Positions 24,231 through 36,300 of a stretch of 64,000 bases of DNA are shown piece by piece. The stretch lies in assembly GCF_009834535.1 (NCBI RefSeq), contig NC_045707.1:59088001-59152000 (forward strand), in the 5' to 3' direction. A program made the translations under genes and the position numbers. Every line of letters begins with the position of its first letter. Positions within the stretch are counted from its first letter, which is position 1. The notes beneath the pieces were generated by a model. It was not told the DNA's origin, did not search any database, and saw only the letters and a list, made by a program, of their open reading frames with translations. The DNA is from Camelus ferus (Eukaryota).

Positions 24231-25853
24231 CTTTCCATGAAACACACAACAACAGCTGTGAAGAATATTGTGACAGGCTGGATTAAAAGCTCTCTGCAAT
24301 TCCTTTTAAGCACCAAGATTTTCTTAACAACTTGGGGAAGGGCTTCTGCTACTTAGCTTTACATTCTTAAAACTTTTCACAATGCCTGGAGCACAGTTTA
24401 TTTTCAGTAAATATATGTGAAATTAATAAACGAAAATTTTACGACTGTACAATTAAAAGGGATGTAAAGCACTGTTCAGAAAAGTTACTGGTATGTTATT
24501 TTTAATCATCCTGATGGTTAAGATTTGTATTTTGTACATGTCAATATTACTTGGTTTGGCTAAGTTAAAAATGACTGAATATCAGTAATAGTGTTGAAAA
24601 ACCTTTAGTTCTTACAGTTCTACATAGATATGACCTTGGGCCCAGGGAAAGTGAATCTTTAAGTGTTTATTAAATTGTTTTTGCATGTTGAATTGATAAG
24701 ATCAAGTTTGCATGCTGGAAAAGTCAGAGCAAATCTTTTTATAGTGTATTTTTCTCAGAGGTAGAGTTGTATGAATAGCAAATTACTGGCTATTTTTCCA
24801 CACTCATAAACATCTTCAGGCAGCTCTTGTGGGATTAGAGGGGGAGAGATCTCCTAAGCACTTTAAATTAACGTGGGTTGTTTACAAATTCTTTACCTTA
24901 TTGTAGTTATGGTATCATATTAAGACAATATGACAGAAGAGAAATATCAAAATAGTAAGAGTCAGAAAGACTTAGGCAACTTTCTCTCTACCACTAGCTA
25001 GTGTTGAACTGTGGCTACCAGATTAATTAAAATAGAAAATTAAATTATTAACCTCATTTCCCTGTAGAAAAAGGAGGCAAACAGAACAGCAGAGACCTTT
25101 TCGGTCCATGTGTGCCTATCTGTATACTCTGAGCCTTGGTTTCCTGCCAAGAAGTTGTGGGAATACGTTCACCCCCCAGCCGACTCTTCCCAAGAATCAT
25201 GGCACAACCAGCTATAAATTTTAGATGTCCTGACATGACCACTGAGATCAAACACAAAAGCATTAAGTTCACAACGTCAAGTAGTTTCCCACTTGGAGTT
25301 AAGATCTCTTTAACTCCATATGCAAATTTATGCATATGGAATGCAGATTTTATGGTCTTTAGATTCTCTGGCAATATCTGTAGTCTTACTGAGTGATGAT
25401 CTCTGTTGGTGTGGGGTTTCACTGAGCAGATTTGGACAATAAAGCCTGTGGCCAACATGCTGGCTGCCTGACTGAAGTAATACTAGGTTATCTAGCCGTT
25501 TGGTGACTGGTTTCTGAAGTTAGATCCGTCATCACGAAACATAAAAAGAATAAAATGATTTTTTTGAGCATGCTTGGTGAAAGATAGTTTGGCAAATATT
25601 TATGTATTTTTTTTAAATTTCTGAGAGGGAAAAATATTTGAAAGAATATAGTGTCCAGCTGTGCAGAGAATGATGTATCTGCAATTTAGCAAAACTGAAA
25701 ACAAAACAAGGAAAAAATCAGTACAGGAATATACTCTTCTTCTTAAAATTCAATTCAGCTAATATTTTTAATTTTAGTGACAAGGCTTTCTGAAAAGGTC
25801 CAAGAGACAGCTATGCACAGAACAATGGAACATGGAGATATAAACTAAAGAGA

Positions 25854-25922
25854 GAAGGGTGTGGGCAAGTTTCTTCCCCTCTGCTGAAGGGTGTGGGCAA
25901 GTTTCTTCCCCTCTGCTGAAGG
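25854..25922. repeat. Perfect 32-bp tandem duplication
   Basis: GAAGGGTGTGGGCAAGTTTCTTCCCCTCTGCT at 25854-25885 and 25886-25917, followed by GAAGG. Confidence 0.97.
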
Positions 25923-26158
25923 CTTTGGTGGCAACTATTTTAATTTCTATTAAAAAATACATACTCTGAGTGGTGTCTCAGAGCTTACTAAGCCGTGTTA
26001 TCAGGCTGAAGGCACTTCAGACCTGTGCATATCAATGCAACAGTCATTTGTAGCAAATTCCATGTTGCTTACTGAAAAATGATGATGTAGCTGGGTGAGC
26101 ATTCAGAGATTGGATCCCTCAAATTACAGATCACTTGGGTTAGAACAGATCCTGGAAA

Positions 26159-26292
26159 GGGGGAGGATTTAGCTCAGTGGTAGAGCACATGCTTAGCATA
26201 CACAAGGTCCTGGGTTCAATCCCCAGCACCTCCTCTAAAAATAAAAATAAGATTTTAAAAAGCAAGTAAACCTAATTACCTCTCCCCTCCTC
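26159..26292 (+). mobile_element. tRNA-Ala-derived camelid SINE (Vic-1-like)
   Basis: ggggaggatttagctcagtggtagagcacatgcttagcat...gtcctgggttcaatccccagcacctcc (A and B boxes), then an A-rich linker and an aaacctaattacctc tail shared with the copy at 31322-31484. Confidence 0.85.
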
Positions 26293-28421
26293 AAATCTGG
26301 AACAAACCCCTCAGTGGTTCCTCTTATGTCACTCTACTTGTCCCTAACCTCCTTCTGATACCTAAGCAAATCTCGGTGACAGGCTATGAAAAATCAGTCT
26401 CAGCCCCCTTTAATGCCCCTCCCCTTCAAGGCCACTCCTGTTACTCCCTTGCTACCGCCACCTCCACTTGCTTCCCAGGTGTCTGCTCTTGGTGTGTCTC
26501 TGACGCTCCCCAGCCATGTGCCCACAACAAGTCAAATGAACAACCACAACAGGAGACGATGTGGGGGACAACTCCTGAATGTTTATGGCCTGGGGCACAA
26601 ATGTTCAGTGTGAATTTTAAATACAGTTCAGCTTACCACACTTCATTTTTGCAAGTTTTATTGCTCTATGACAAATCTCTCTTCTTTAAAATGGGGAATT
26701 CAATTTATGGTCCAAATGTCACCACCTAGCCACAGCAAAGCCACAAGACATTTTATGTCATTTAGGGAACTTAGAATTCTAGGGGACATCCATGAATTAG
26801 CTTTGATTCCTTTATTGGGTTCTTTCTTTCCTTCAAATATCTCCAACTCATTGATGTTCCAATCTATGCAACTTTCATAAAAAAAATTTTGACAGCTTGA
26901 GCACATCTAAAGACTGATACCTTATAGTTGGCCTGAATTTAAGTACCGAGAAAAAACTGATATCTAGTCATTTCCTCTCTCGTCATTAAAATCCCCATGG
27001 AACTGGCAGGCTTACTTCAAAAACTGTTGAAATAAACAAAGCTTGATCTAACATAAAAGTGTTAAAAATAAATTTTTAAATAAGTAGTTAATGATGTTTG
27101 AGAAGCTAGTTATTCCAGTGAGAAGGTTTATAATGCAAGCATATTTAAAAGTGGTAGAGATATTTTCCTATTTTTAGGATATTTTCCTATCCTAATGAAC
27201 AAAAACATTCTCATTAAGACATTTATCCCTAACTCTCAAATCAGGGGGCACTGTTAAAACAGAGGCCATTAGAAACTTGTCCTACATTAAGGCTTGACAA
27301 TGACTAGAATTTCTATTGAATTTCAGGATGGTTCTACCAGAGTAAGAATGTTAATAGAGTTTTAAAAAATACCACTTTCTTTTGGAAGACTCTGGCTGGG
27401 AAGGTAGGCAAACCTGAGGGTAGACAATCTGGTTTCTAGCATCTCATTCTGGATCTTTCAATCTTCCCCTCCTCCTCTCACCTTCTCCCTAGACGTCTCT
27501 TTCAGAGCCTAGGCTTTGGGAGTGTATTTGATTGGCACTAAAGACCCTTACAGGGTCTTGGCATTTACTCTAACATTCCTGCCACATGGGTCTACCTCTT
27601 AGTTTTCTAGTTGATACCTTCAGGGAACCCCCAAATATGATGGCATCTGACAAACCTCCAAGTCCATATACTGCAAAACACCTTTACAGGAAATCTGTTA
27701 AATTTCAACATTGACCATTTCGATCTTCTCAGTTCTTTGAACCAGAGTATGTTCTCACTAGAACACCTGAATTTATGCTATCCTTACAATATGTGTACTT
27801 AATTTCCAGATGCTGAAACATTTTGAAAATCCCTTACCACCTCCCATTTCCACCTGAACTAAAATACTTAAGATTTGTATGTGTATGCATATGTATTTTT
27901 TTCAAAGAACATTGCCCCAATTAGCTAACTAGTGTTCAAAACACTCTTAGGAAGTGTTTTCAGATGTAGCAAATGAGATTTATCTCAAAGCTGCTGGAAG
28001 ATTCACGGAGTGACTTGGTGTTCGACTTCCTTTCATTCCCAAACAGTACTTTTGCCATCATAAAATAAATACTGACTTATTTTCCATGAATAATGTTGCA
28101 TTTGAATAGGTTTCCTTAGACCTTTACAGGGAATGCAGTGTACTGTACATTCAGCCAAAAAGACGACTCAGAAATGATTAATGGTGACCAAATCATACAA
28201 GCTTTTACAGTCTTCTGGAATAATATTTGTTCAGAGGGCATCCAGTTTCTGGCACTTACTGATTCATTCATTCATCATATCCCTACTGAGCACCTACTAT
28301 GTGGGAGGTACAATAACCCACCCAAAGAATTTACTGACTATGTAATAATAATCACTACTATTTACTGTGAGTTTTCAACAATCTACCTCATTCAATCCTA
28401 ATGTCAATCAGGCAAGGTAGG

Positions 28422-28864
28422 TTTATTAGTCATGGTTCTTTCAAGAAACAGAACCAATATGATATGTATGTATGCATATAAGCCCACAGACACAGAGAGA
28501 CGATATAAGAGAGAGAGAGAAAGAGTATTAGATTTTAAGGAATTGGCAAACAGCATTCTGTCAGGTGATAAGTCTAAAATCTTTACAGCAGGCCATTAGG
28601 ATGGAAATCCAGGCATGATTTCTATGTTGCAGTCTAAAGGCAGAATTGTTTCTTTTTTTGGAAACCAGTTATTACTCTAAAGGCCTTCAACTGATTGGAT
28701 GAGGCCCACCCACATTATGGAAGGTAATCTGTTTTACTCGAAGTTTGCTTGTTTAAATGTTAATCGCATCTAAGAAATGTCTTCACAGCAATATTGGGGC
28801 TAGTGTTTGACCAAATAACTAGGCACTATATCCCAGGCAAGTTGAACAAAAGTTAATTATCACA
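28422..28864 (-). mobile_element. ERVL solo LTR (MLT2-like) nested in a MIR
   Basis: tattagtcatggttct...agaaacagaaccaat...aggccttcaactgattggatgaggcccacccacattatgga...aattatcaca, with a 5-bp TSD GTAGG at 28417-28421 and 28865-28869. MIR halves lie on both sides. Confidence 0.9.
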
Positions 28865-29469
28865 GTAGGTATTACTATATTTTATACATAAAGGTATTGA
28901 AGATCAGAGAGATACTTACTGGGATTCACTAAGGTAATAGCTGAGAATTTGGGAATTTGAGTCAGTTCTGTCCTAAAACCAGTATGCTTTCCTCTATACC
29001 ACATATCTTTGTCAGAGATGAGGAAGATGAGATAGAGAAGTATCTGGTAACTTGTCCAAAGTTACTCAGCTACTAAATTGTTGAGCTGGCATTTGAATCT
29101 AAGCATTAGTATCTTTCAAGGGGTCTAGCAACCTCATTTATGATGTGGCCTAGCAATCTTTATAGCACACAGTAGGTTCAAAATCATGTCTGCTAAATTG
29201 AAAGAAAATGTAATTATACTAATGGGATAGAAAAAGGTAAAGGAATTTGGATATAAAATACAGCAGTACTCCTGACTTGCAATAATGGTCTGAACCAATA
29301 AAAAAATGTAGCCATGGACACAAAGAAAGAGGGCCCCCCTGATTAATAATACACAGTGATGGATTTGACTTAGAAGACAAAAGAGTGAAAAATTAAGAAT
29401 AATTCTAATGTTGGAAGTTCACAATTATTAGGAAATTGGCAGCAAGAAGAAGACAATCATTGACTACAT

Positions 29470-29665
29470 CCAACATAAAGATTCAATTTCATCTAATCCC
29501 CCTAATCCTGTGAAGTTTCTAAAGAATGATTATTTCCATTTTTATAAGTAGCATATGTCAAGTAAATGCCCTAAAGCTACAGTGATAGCAGGTGGCACAG
29601 CCAAGGTCAAATCTGGTCTGTCTGAATCTGAGAGCAATGCTCTTTTTGTGCTTCATGCTACTTCA
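29470..29665 (-). mobile_element. MIR SINE
   Basis: tttcatctaatccccctaatcctgtgaag...agtaaatgccctaaagctacag...gcaggtggcacagccaaggtcaaatctggtctgtctgaat. Confidence 0.7.
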
Positions 29666-31321
29666 ATAGGTCAGGTCTCAGTATTCAGAGAGTTCTCCAA
29701 GTAGTGCTATAAAGTTGTCCAATATTTAAGCCAGAAAGACACTGAGATTCAGGGCTGCAAATGCATATTCAGGATTATCAGTAAACCATGTAAGTCAATA
29801 TGCTTACCAAAAAAAAAAAAAGTTCCAAAGAAAAAGAAAGAGTTATGGTTAACAAATGATGCTGGGGAGTGGATGGTCTGGAGGAAATGGAAAGAAAGGT
29901 GGACACCAGCTGTCAATGGAGAGAGAAGACCGAGATTCTGTTACTCTTTGGCATATGAGTTCTTCAGAGCAACAAAATCCAAAACCTTAGCAGTGGAATG
30001 ACACCTCCACCGCAGTTTCAGCTGTGTCCCCTGCACAAGCGAACACCATCTGCCACGGAGGCGGAACAGTGGTGAACTGGAATAGCAGTCCAGACTCATT
30101 TTTGAAAACTTGGCAATGACTTTACATGGCAATGTGACTGAAGTTTGCGGGGATGTAAGAGCTTCCTTGTACTAGCCAACTTATTGTATGTTCTCAAACA
30201 GACAACAAACAAACAAAAAATCCTGCCTAATTCACGAACCATCGTCTGTGGTTTTATCCTAAGAAAGAGACCTTCAAACAATAACCTAGGTTCCAAATAG
30301 CATATTCCTAATACTGACTTGGTAGGACTCCATCAGGCATTAATTAGTGGACTGTATGGGTGGAGGGACTGTAGGATGGGGCATTTGGAGGGGAGGGCCT
30401 GACTCAGAATGTTGGTAGCCACAATCTGTTACATGGTACATCCATATCTTTCAGATGGGATAATTTATTCTTCTGCATTTAATTCTAGCTTTGAAATATT
30501 TTGTAAGAGAATAAACCAAAGTAAGTCCTGCATTTAAAATGTGATTGGAATCTCACAAAAACTGTTTGCTCTTGTTTCTTAAAGATAAACCCCAAGGAAC
30601 TGAGTTATCCATTCACACCAGCCAAACAGCTGTAAAATACAGTCAATATTTATTTTCCTGCTTTCTCCATTTCTTAGTGGGACAGCCAGGAAATATCTGG
30701 GGGACCAAAAAGTAGGCTTGTGTAAGGCACACACCCCGGGCAGCCAACACTGGCTTGCTTAAACCCCCAAAGTGCCATTTGAACAGATGGAAAATTCTAC
30801 TCACCTTAGAAAACTACTCATCCATCTCTGGGGCTTAACTGTCCCAGGTGTTGCGGCCATCTGCCAGACTTCTTTACAACAAATGCTTGCTTAAAAAATG
30901 AGATACTGAAATCTCAGAGTTTCTTTAGGACATGGTCAAAGAGCACATGGAATTGGAAATTAAAGCTCTAATCTTATATCTACCACTCCAACCATGGCAG
31001 TTCCTATAACGGAAGAGACAAGAGAGATTGAGTAGGCAGGGTGAGCTGCTGGCATAAACTGAAAGCGAGAGATTCTTTCCAAGGTAGAGGCGGAAGAAGT
31101 CAGGGACACCCTGGAAACCGAAAGCTTAGGAAACAATGAAATTTTCAGAGAGAACCATTCATTCAATAAATTTGGTGAGAACAACTGTTCATTTAGGTTT
31201 ACATTAGCAAAACTACTGAGAAGTAAGCAAAAGGAAGAGGGAGGAGATGACAATAAAATAAAATGCACAATTGTAATAGATGAAGTCCCTATAGTACATG
31301 AGAACTAAGAGTAGAATGATC

Positions 31322-31484
31322 TTTTTTTAATGTTATTTTAATTTATTTAATTAATTTATTTGAGAATTGGGGGGGTAATTAGGTTTATTTATTTACCTAT
31401 TTTTAGAGGAGGTACTTGAGATTGAACCCAGGACCTCATGCATGCTAAGCACGAGCTCTACCACTTGAGCAATACACTTCCGCC
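31322..31484 (-). mobile_element. tRNA-Ala-derived camelid SINE (Vic-1-like), second copy
   Basis: Reverse complement: gtattgctcaagtggtagagctcgtgcttagcatgcatgaggtcctgggttcaatctcaagtacctcctctaaaaat...aaacctaattaccccc, then an A-rich tail. Confidence 0.85.
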
Positions 31485-31813
31485 AACAGTACAATATTCT
31501 TGAAGCTGCTCATATGAGCAATTTATGTGACAGCCCTGCCCACAGAAGTTGTATAACAGCCTACAACATAATTCATTAACCAAGCTGTCATTTCAGCAAA
31601 GAATGTGATATTTGGTTGTTCAGGAATGAGCAACTTCATAATTCATCTTCAATCTTCCTTTAACAGAACAAAGAAAACTAAGACAAGCCAAACTGTTTTC
31701 TCTTTTGTTTAAAAAGAAGTAACAGTTTAAAAGTTTTGAAAACAGAGGAGAGATTGAAATTAAAATTTAGAAAAATTAAAAATGAGTTTAACAATTTTAA
31801 AAAAAGAGTGAAA

Positions 31814-33053
31814 ATGGATCAAAGATTTTAACAGAAGACAAGACACAATAAACTTCCTAGAAGAAAATATAGGCAAAACATTATCCGACATACATCTCAA
31901 AAGTGTTCTCCTAGGGCAGTCTACCCAAGAATAGAAATAAAAGCAAGAATAAACAAATGGGACCTAATTAAATTTACAAGCTTCTGCACAGCAAAGGAAA
32001 CCATAAGTAAAACAAAAAGACAACCTATGGAATGGGAGAAAATTTTTGCAGAATATATAAGCAGCTCATACGACTTAATAAGAAAAAAACAAACAACCCA
32101 ATCCAAAAATGGGCAGAAGACCTAAACAAGCAATTCTCCAAGGAAGAAATACAAATGATCAATAGGCATATGAAAAAATGCTCAATATCACTAATTATCA
32201 GAGAAATGCAAATCAAAACTACAATGAGGTATTACCTCACACCAGTCAGAATGGCCATCATTCAGAAGTCATGCTGGAGATGACAAATGCTGGAGAGGCT
32301 GTGGAGAAAAGGGAACCCTCCTACACTGCTGGTGGGAATGCAGTTTGGTGCAGCCACTGTGGAAAACAGTATGGAGATTCCTCAAAAGACTAGGAATAGA
32401 CTTACCATATGACCCAGTCATCCCGCTCCTGGGCATATATCCAGAAGGGACCCTACTTAAAAAAAAGACCTGCACCCCAGTGTTCATAGCAGCACTATTT
32501 ACAATAGCCAAGTCATGGAAACAGCCTAAATGTCCATTGACAGATGACTGAATAAAGAAGAAGTGGTATATTTATACAATGGAATACTATTCAGCCACAA
32601 AAATGACAACATAATGCCATTTGCAGCAACATGCATGTCCCTGGAGAAAGTCATTCTAAGTGAAGTAAGCCAGAAAGAAAAAGAAAAATACCATATGAGA
32701 TCGCTCATAAGTGGAATCTTAAAAAAAAAAAAAAAAAAAAAGAATGTAAATACAAAACAGAAACAGACTCATAGACATAGAATACAAACTTGTGGTTTCC
32801 AAGGGGGCGGGGGGTGGGAAGGGACAGACTGGGAGTTCAAAATTTGTAGATACTGACAGGCATATGCAGAAGAGATAAACAAGATTATACTGTATAGCAC
32901 AGGGAAATATATATAAGATCTTGTGGCAGCTAAAAAAAAATGTGACAATGAATTTATGTATGTTCATGTGTAACTGAAAAATTGTGCTCTACACTGGAAT
33001 TTGACACATTTTAAAATGACTATAACTCAATAAAAAATGTTAAAATAATTTTT
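31814..33053 (+). mobile_element. 5'-truncated, relatively young L1 (ORF2 C-terminus + 3'UTR)
   Basis: ORFs 32032-32283, 32345-32551 and 32563-32856 encode L1 ORF2 C-terminal motifs ([44 protein letters not shown]). There is a polyA signal and tail. TSD is aaaaaagagtgaaa (31800-31813) / aaaaaagaatgaaa (33054-33067) at a TTTT/AA endonuclease site. Confidence 0.95.
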
Positions 33054-33248
33054 AAAAAAGAATGAAACCCACGAAGTACTCGAATTCCACTGAGGCATGA
33101 GGGTGCAAATTCTACAGAGAAAACTTTAAGCACTTCATTGTAAACATTTCTAAAAGAGAACTGTTGTTTCTGTTTCTTTCTTTACTCCAAGTATTTCCCT
33201 CAAGCCACTCCCCCTTCTCCTCTCTCCACATGAAACCAAAGACCTGGT

Positions 33249-33353
33249 CACATTACAAATGTCAGTGCCATTTGGCCCTTCCAAGTGGCACTGACATTGT
33301 AATATGTTTCTGTTTCTTGCTCTGCATGAACTTTTTAAATCATCTCAGCATCA
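33249..33353. mobile_element. MER135-like ancient palindromic element
   Basis: Central palindrome attacaaatgtcagtgccatttgg-ccctt-ccaagtggcactgacattgtaat, plus a right outer arm atgtttctgtttcttgctctgc...agcatca resembling MER135 as I recall it. Confidence 0.7.
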
Positions 33354-36300
33354 CAGTAGGTAGACCTCCAGAGCTGTTACTGCTCTGTTGCTGGAATTTG
33401 AGAAACTTCTCTGCCGTACAGAAGTCCTCTTCCTGGGTTCCACTGACTTACATTAGGCTCCCCCGAAACTGATGATGACCCAGATCTGCCTTGAGTTAGA
33501 TTTGATTTACTTGGCCTTTGTAATGTGGAGTTTGGATCTTTTTGTAATAAATGGTAAGGGGTAGGGGGCATGTGGGATTTTCTACATTATACATTTAGGC
33601 CATACTAGATATGGTACTCTGGGAGTATAATAGATTTGTTTAAATCAATAAATAGCATTTTGACAAATTCTATGAATAACATATGTGACGTCTTGGTAGT
33701 ACGGCTTAGCGTCTTAAATATATTGCTATAATATAAAACCTGAATTTCATGTGTGAGCCTGATTCTGAAGGCATTCCCAAAGAGGAAATCACCACATGTC
33801 TATAATTCCCAAAATGATTACTTTAAAGATCATTTCAATTTAAAAATATGTTATTTCCTTTCCTTTCCAAAACATATGATTTTATTGTCACACACATATA
33901 TATATACCAAAGTAAATAAGTAGGCTAGACTATACTGACCATCTTAGATTTATATCCATTATCTTCATTTTTTTTGGATTTTTTTTAGACCATGAGGTCT
34001 TCCAAGATATATGTAAAACATTTCTCCCAAATTCATTTATACTCTTGAGGATACCAAAGGTATGAAATTAGTTTTCTTCCCCCTTTTCTACAGCTCAAAG
34101 AGATTTGTAGAATAAATGCAACTATTAATTAATGTATATATTAACAATTTATTTCTCTAATTTTTTCTTTAATTTTAGGAAAGTATCAAGGAGCTGTAAA
34201 GTAGAAAGTTTATTTTTCCTTCAAAAAGCAAGATAAAGCTTCTTAAGTTTCCTCCCACAACTATGTCTGCCCTAATTCTGTCCTACTTTTTACCGCAGGA
34301 GGACAGTTTGGTCTTCCTACCTATTAATTATTAGACTTGTTTGCAGAGATTGTCAGTGAGACTGTCGGTGAGAATGCCCATCAGGGCGTCTTTGAGTAAA
34401 AGTGCAATAATTACACAGGATACTTTCACAACTGAAGAGACTTACAATGTGAGACAAATGTACCATGAAGGAACAATCTAAAGTCTTTCTACATTTTAAT
34501 CAATACTCTGACTAGTAGGTGTAACCTGCAAAATCTCAGCCATTCTCTTTAGCCTAGAAAGATTCAACTGTTGTAAAACCTTTAAGAAATTCATCTCTGG
34601 CTTTATAGACTGAGGCAGCCTTCTTGGGAAATATGGCTCCACTGAGAATAAATACAGCCACGATCAACTTGCAGTGTGATATATTTCACACTGGCAAATG
34701 ATTTAGTTCTTTTAGTGGGTATTCAGAAAGAAAATTAAATTCACAACATTGGGGGCCAAATAATTTCTTCCTCAAGCCCCGTGGTATGCCCATGGTAACT
34801 GAAGTCCAACAAATAATTCAGGCTCTATCTGCCACTGTGGCAGTCAGGATTCAATTTAGTAATATTCCAGGGAGCTCAGCGATAGCAGTGTAGGGACAAG
34901 GCCCTTCGCTGGCATCAGAAGATGACTTAATTCTTGTCCAACGTGCACACCTGCTGCTTATCAAGGCAGAGATTATTGCTCTTCAGCGATCTTTGCCAAC
35001 AAATCTTTGCCTGGAGTCTTCTGCCATGATTTGTTAGCTCTCTGACACAGACCTCATTACTCCCTGCATCAGCTTCTCCAGCTGCCTACACGGAACATTT
35101 GGTGATGAGTTTATTTTGAATATGGTGGTGCAGACAATGTATGTTCTGAAGGTCAGAATTACTGAAGATATGTTTTCTTTTAGTTCCGATGCTACTGGCA
35201 TGGTGGTGGATTATTACTTTTGCCCATTCCCCTACCTCTACCTCAGACAATTTGAGATGAATTTGTATGGTCTTCACTCATGTGACATGAAAACTCAGAA
35301 CAACACTGAGCTTCTAAAGTCAAGGCAATCTATGCTATTTCACACCAACATTTCTGAACAGCTATACAAGGCTTCTGTGGGTCAGCTTGGACACTTCTGT
35401 CTACCAAACTTAGTAGAAACTCGAACAAACTCACGGAAAACCATCACAGTGTCTCATACAAGTCCAAAAGAACTGAAAGAGGGAATGAACAGAACTGGAG
35501 AAAAAAGAACAGTCACAGGAAAAAGACAGAGGCAGTGTTTTAAAAGATCTCTCCTGGAGTAAAGTATACTTCCTTAGGAATGAAACTGGTAAAATCTCTA
35601 TACAGAAAGCATAGACTTTGTGCAGTCGTACAGACAGAAAGTACCCTAAATTGGCAACAAAGCAAACAGCCATTTCAAAATAGTAGCAGAAGCCAGATTA
35701 CCTGTTACAAATGCATTTTCACTGCCAAAACCTTACAGAATCTGCCCTCAGCAAGATAATCAATGAGATCATCGGTACTAAACCCAAAGGTTGCTTTTAA
35801 TTGTTCAGTTTACTTAAATTCTTTCAAAAGAAGTTGGCTTTTCTCTTTAAGTCCTCATGTTCCCAAAGTTCTGTCTTCTCTCACCCTAAAGATTCTCTGT
35901 AGATTACAAATCCTCTAATACTTTCAATCGATATCTAACTAGTGATGGTTAATCTAAATGTCCAGCAGAGAACCTTCTCCTGGGTCCAGACTGCTATCTC
36001 AGTTTTGTTATGTCACAGCTCCATCTGAATGTTTCACATGTGCCCATAATTTTCATTTTCGTCACGCAACTCCAACCTGCCCCTTCCTCTATGGTCCACG
36101 TGTTGGTGAATTACATATATTCACTCCACCGGCTGCTCAAGAGCTGCTGTGGTACACGAGACAGATGTGGCCCCTGCCTTCCTTCAGGTTCAACCAGTGA
36201 AGAATAAGACTTGAAACGGAGTAACAGGTGTTAAAACTGGGACAAAAGGAGAAGTGCACACAGCATGTCAACGGGGTGGTTAAAATGACCTGGGCTGGGA

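Noticed and set aside
26159..26233. tRNA-Ala-like sequence as a real tRNA gene
   Set aside because: The stems are mismatched, a SINE-specific tail follows, and a second diverged copy with the same tail lies at 31322-31484. It is a SINE.
32032..32856. ORFs of 68-97 aa as host genes
   Set aside because: They are frameshifted fragments of the L1 ORF2 C-terminus and 3'UTR.
35116..35562. 148-aa ORF
   Set aside because: Non-ATG start, no recognisable homology and no convincing flanking splice sites.
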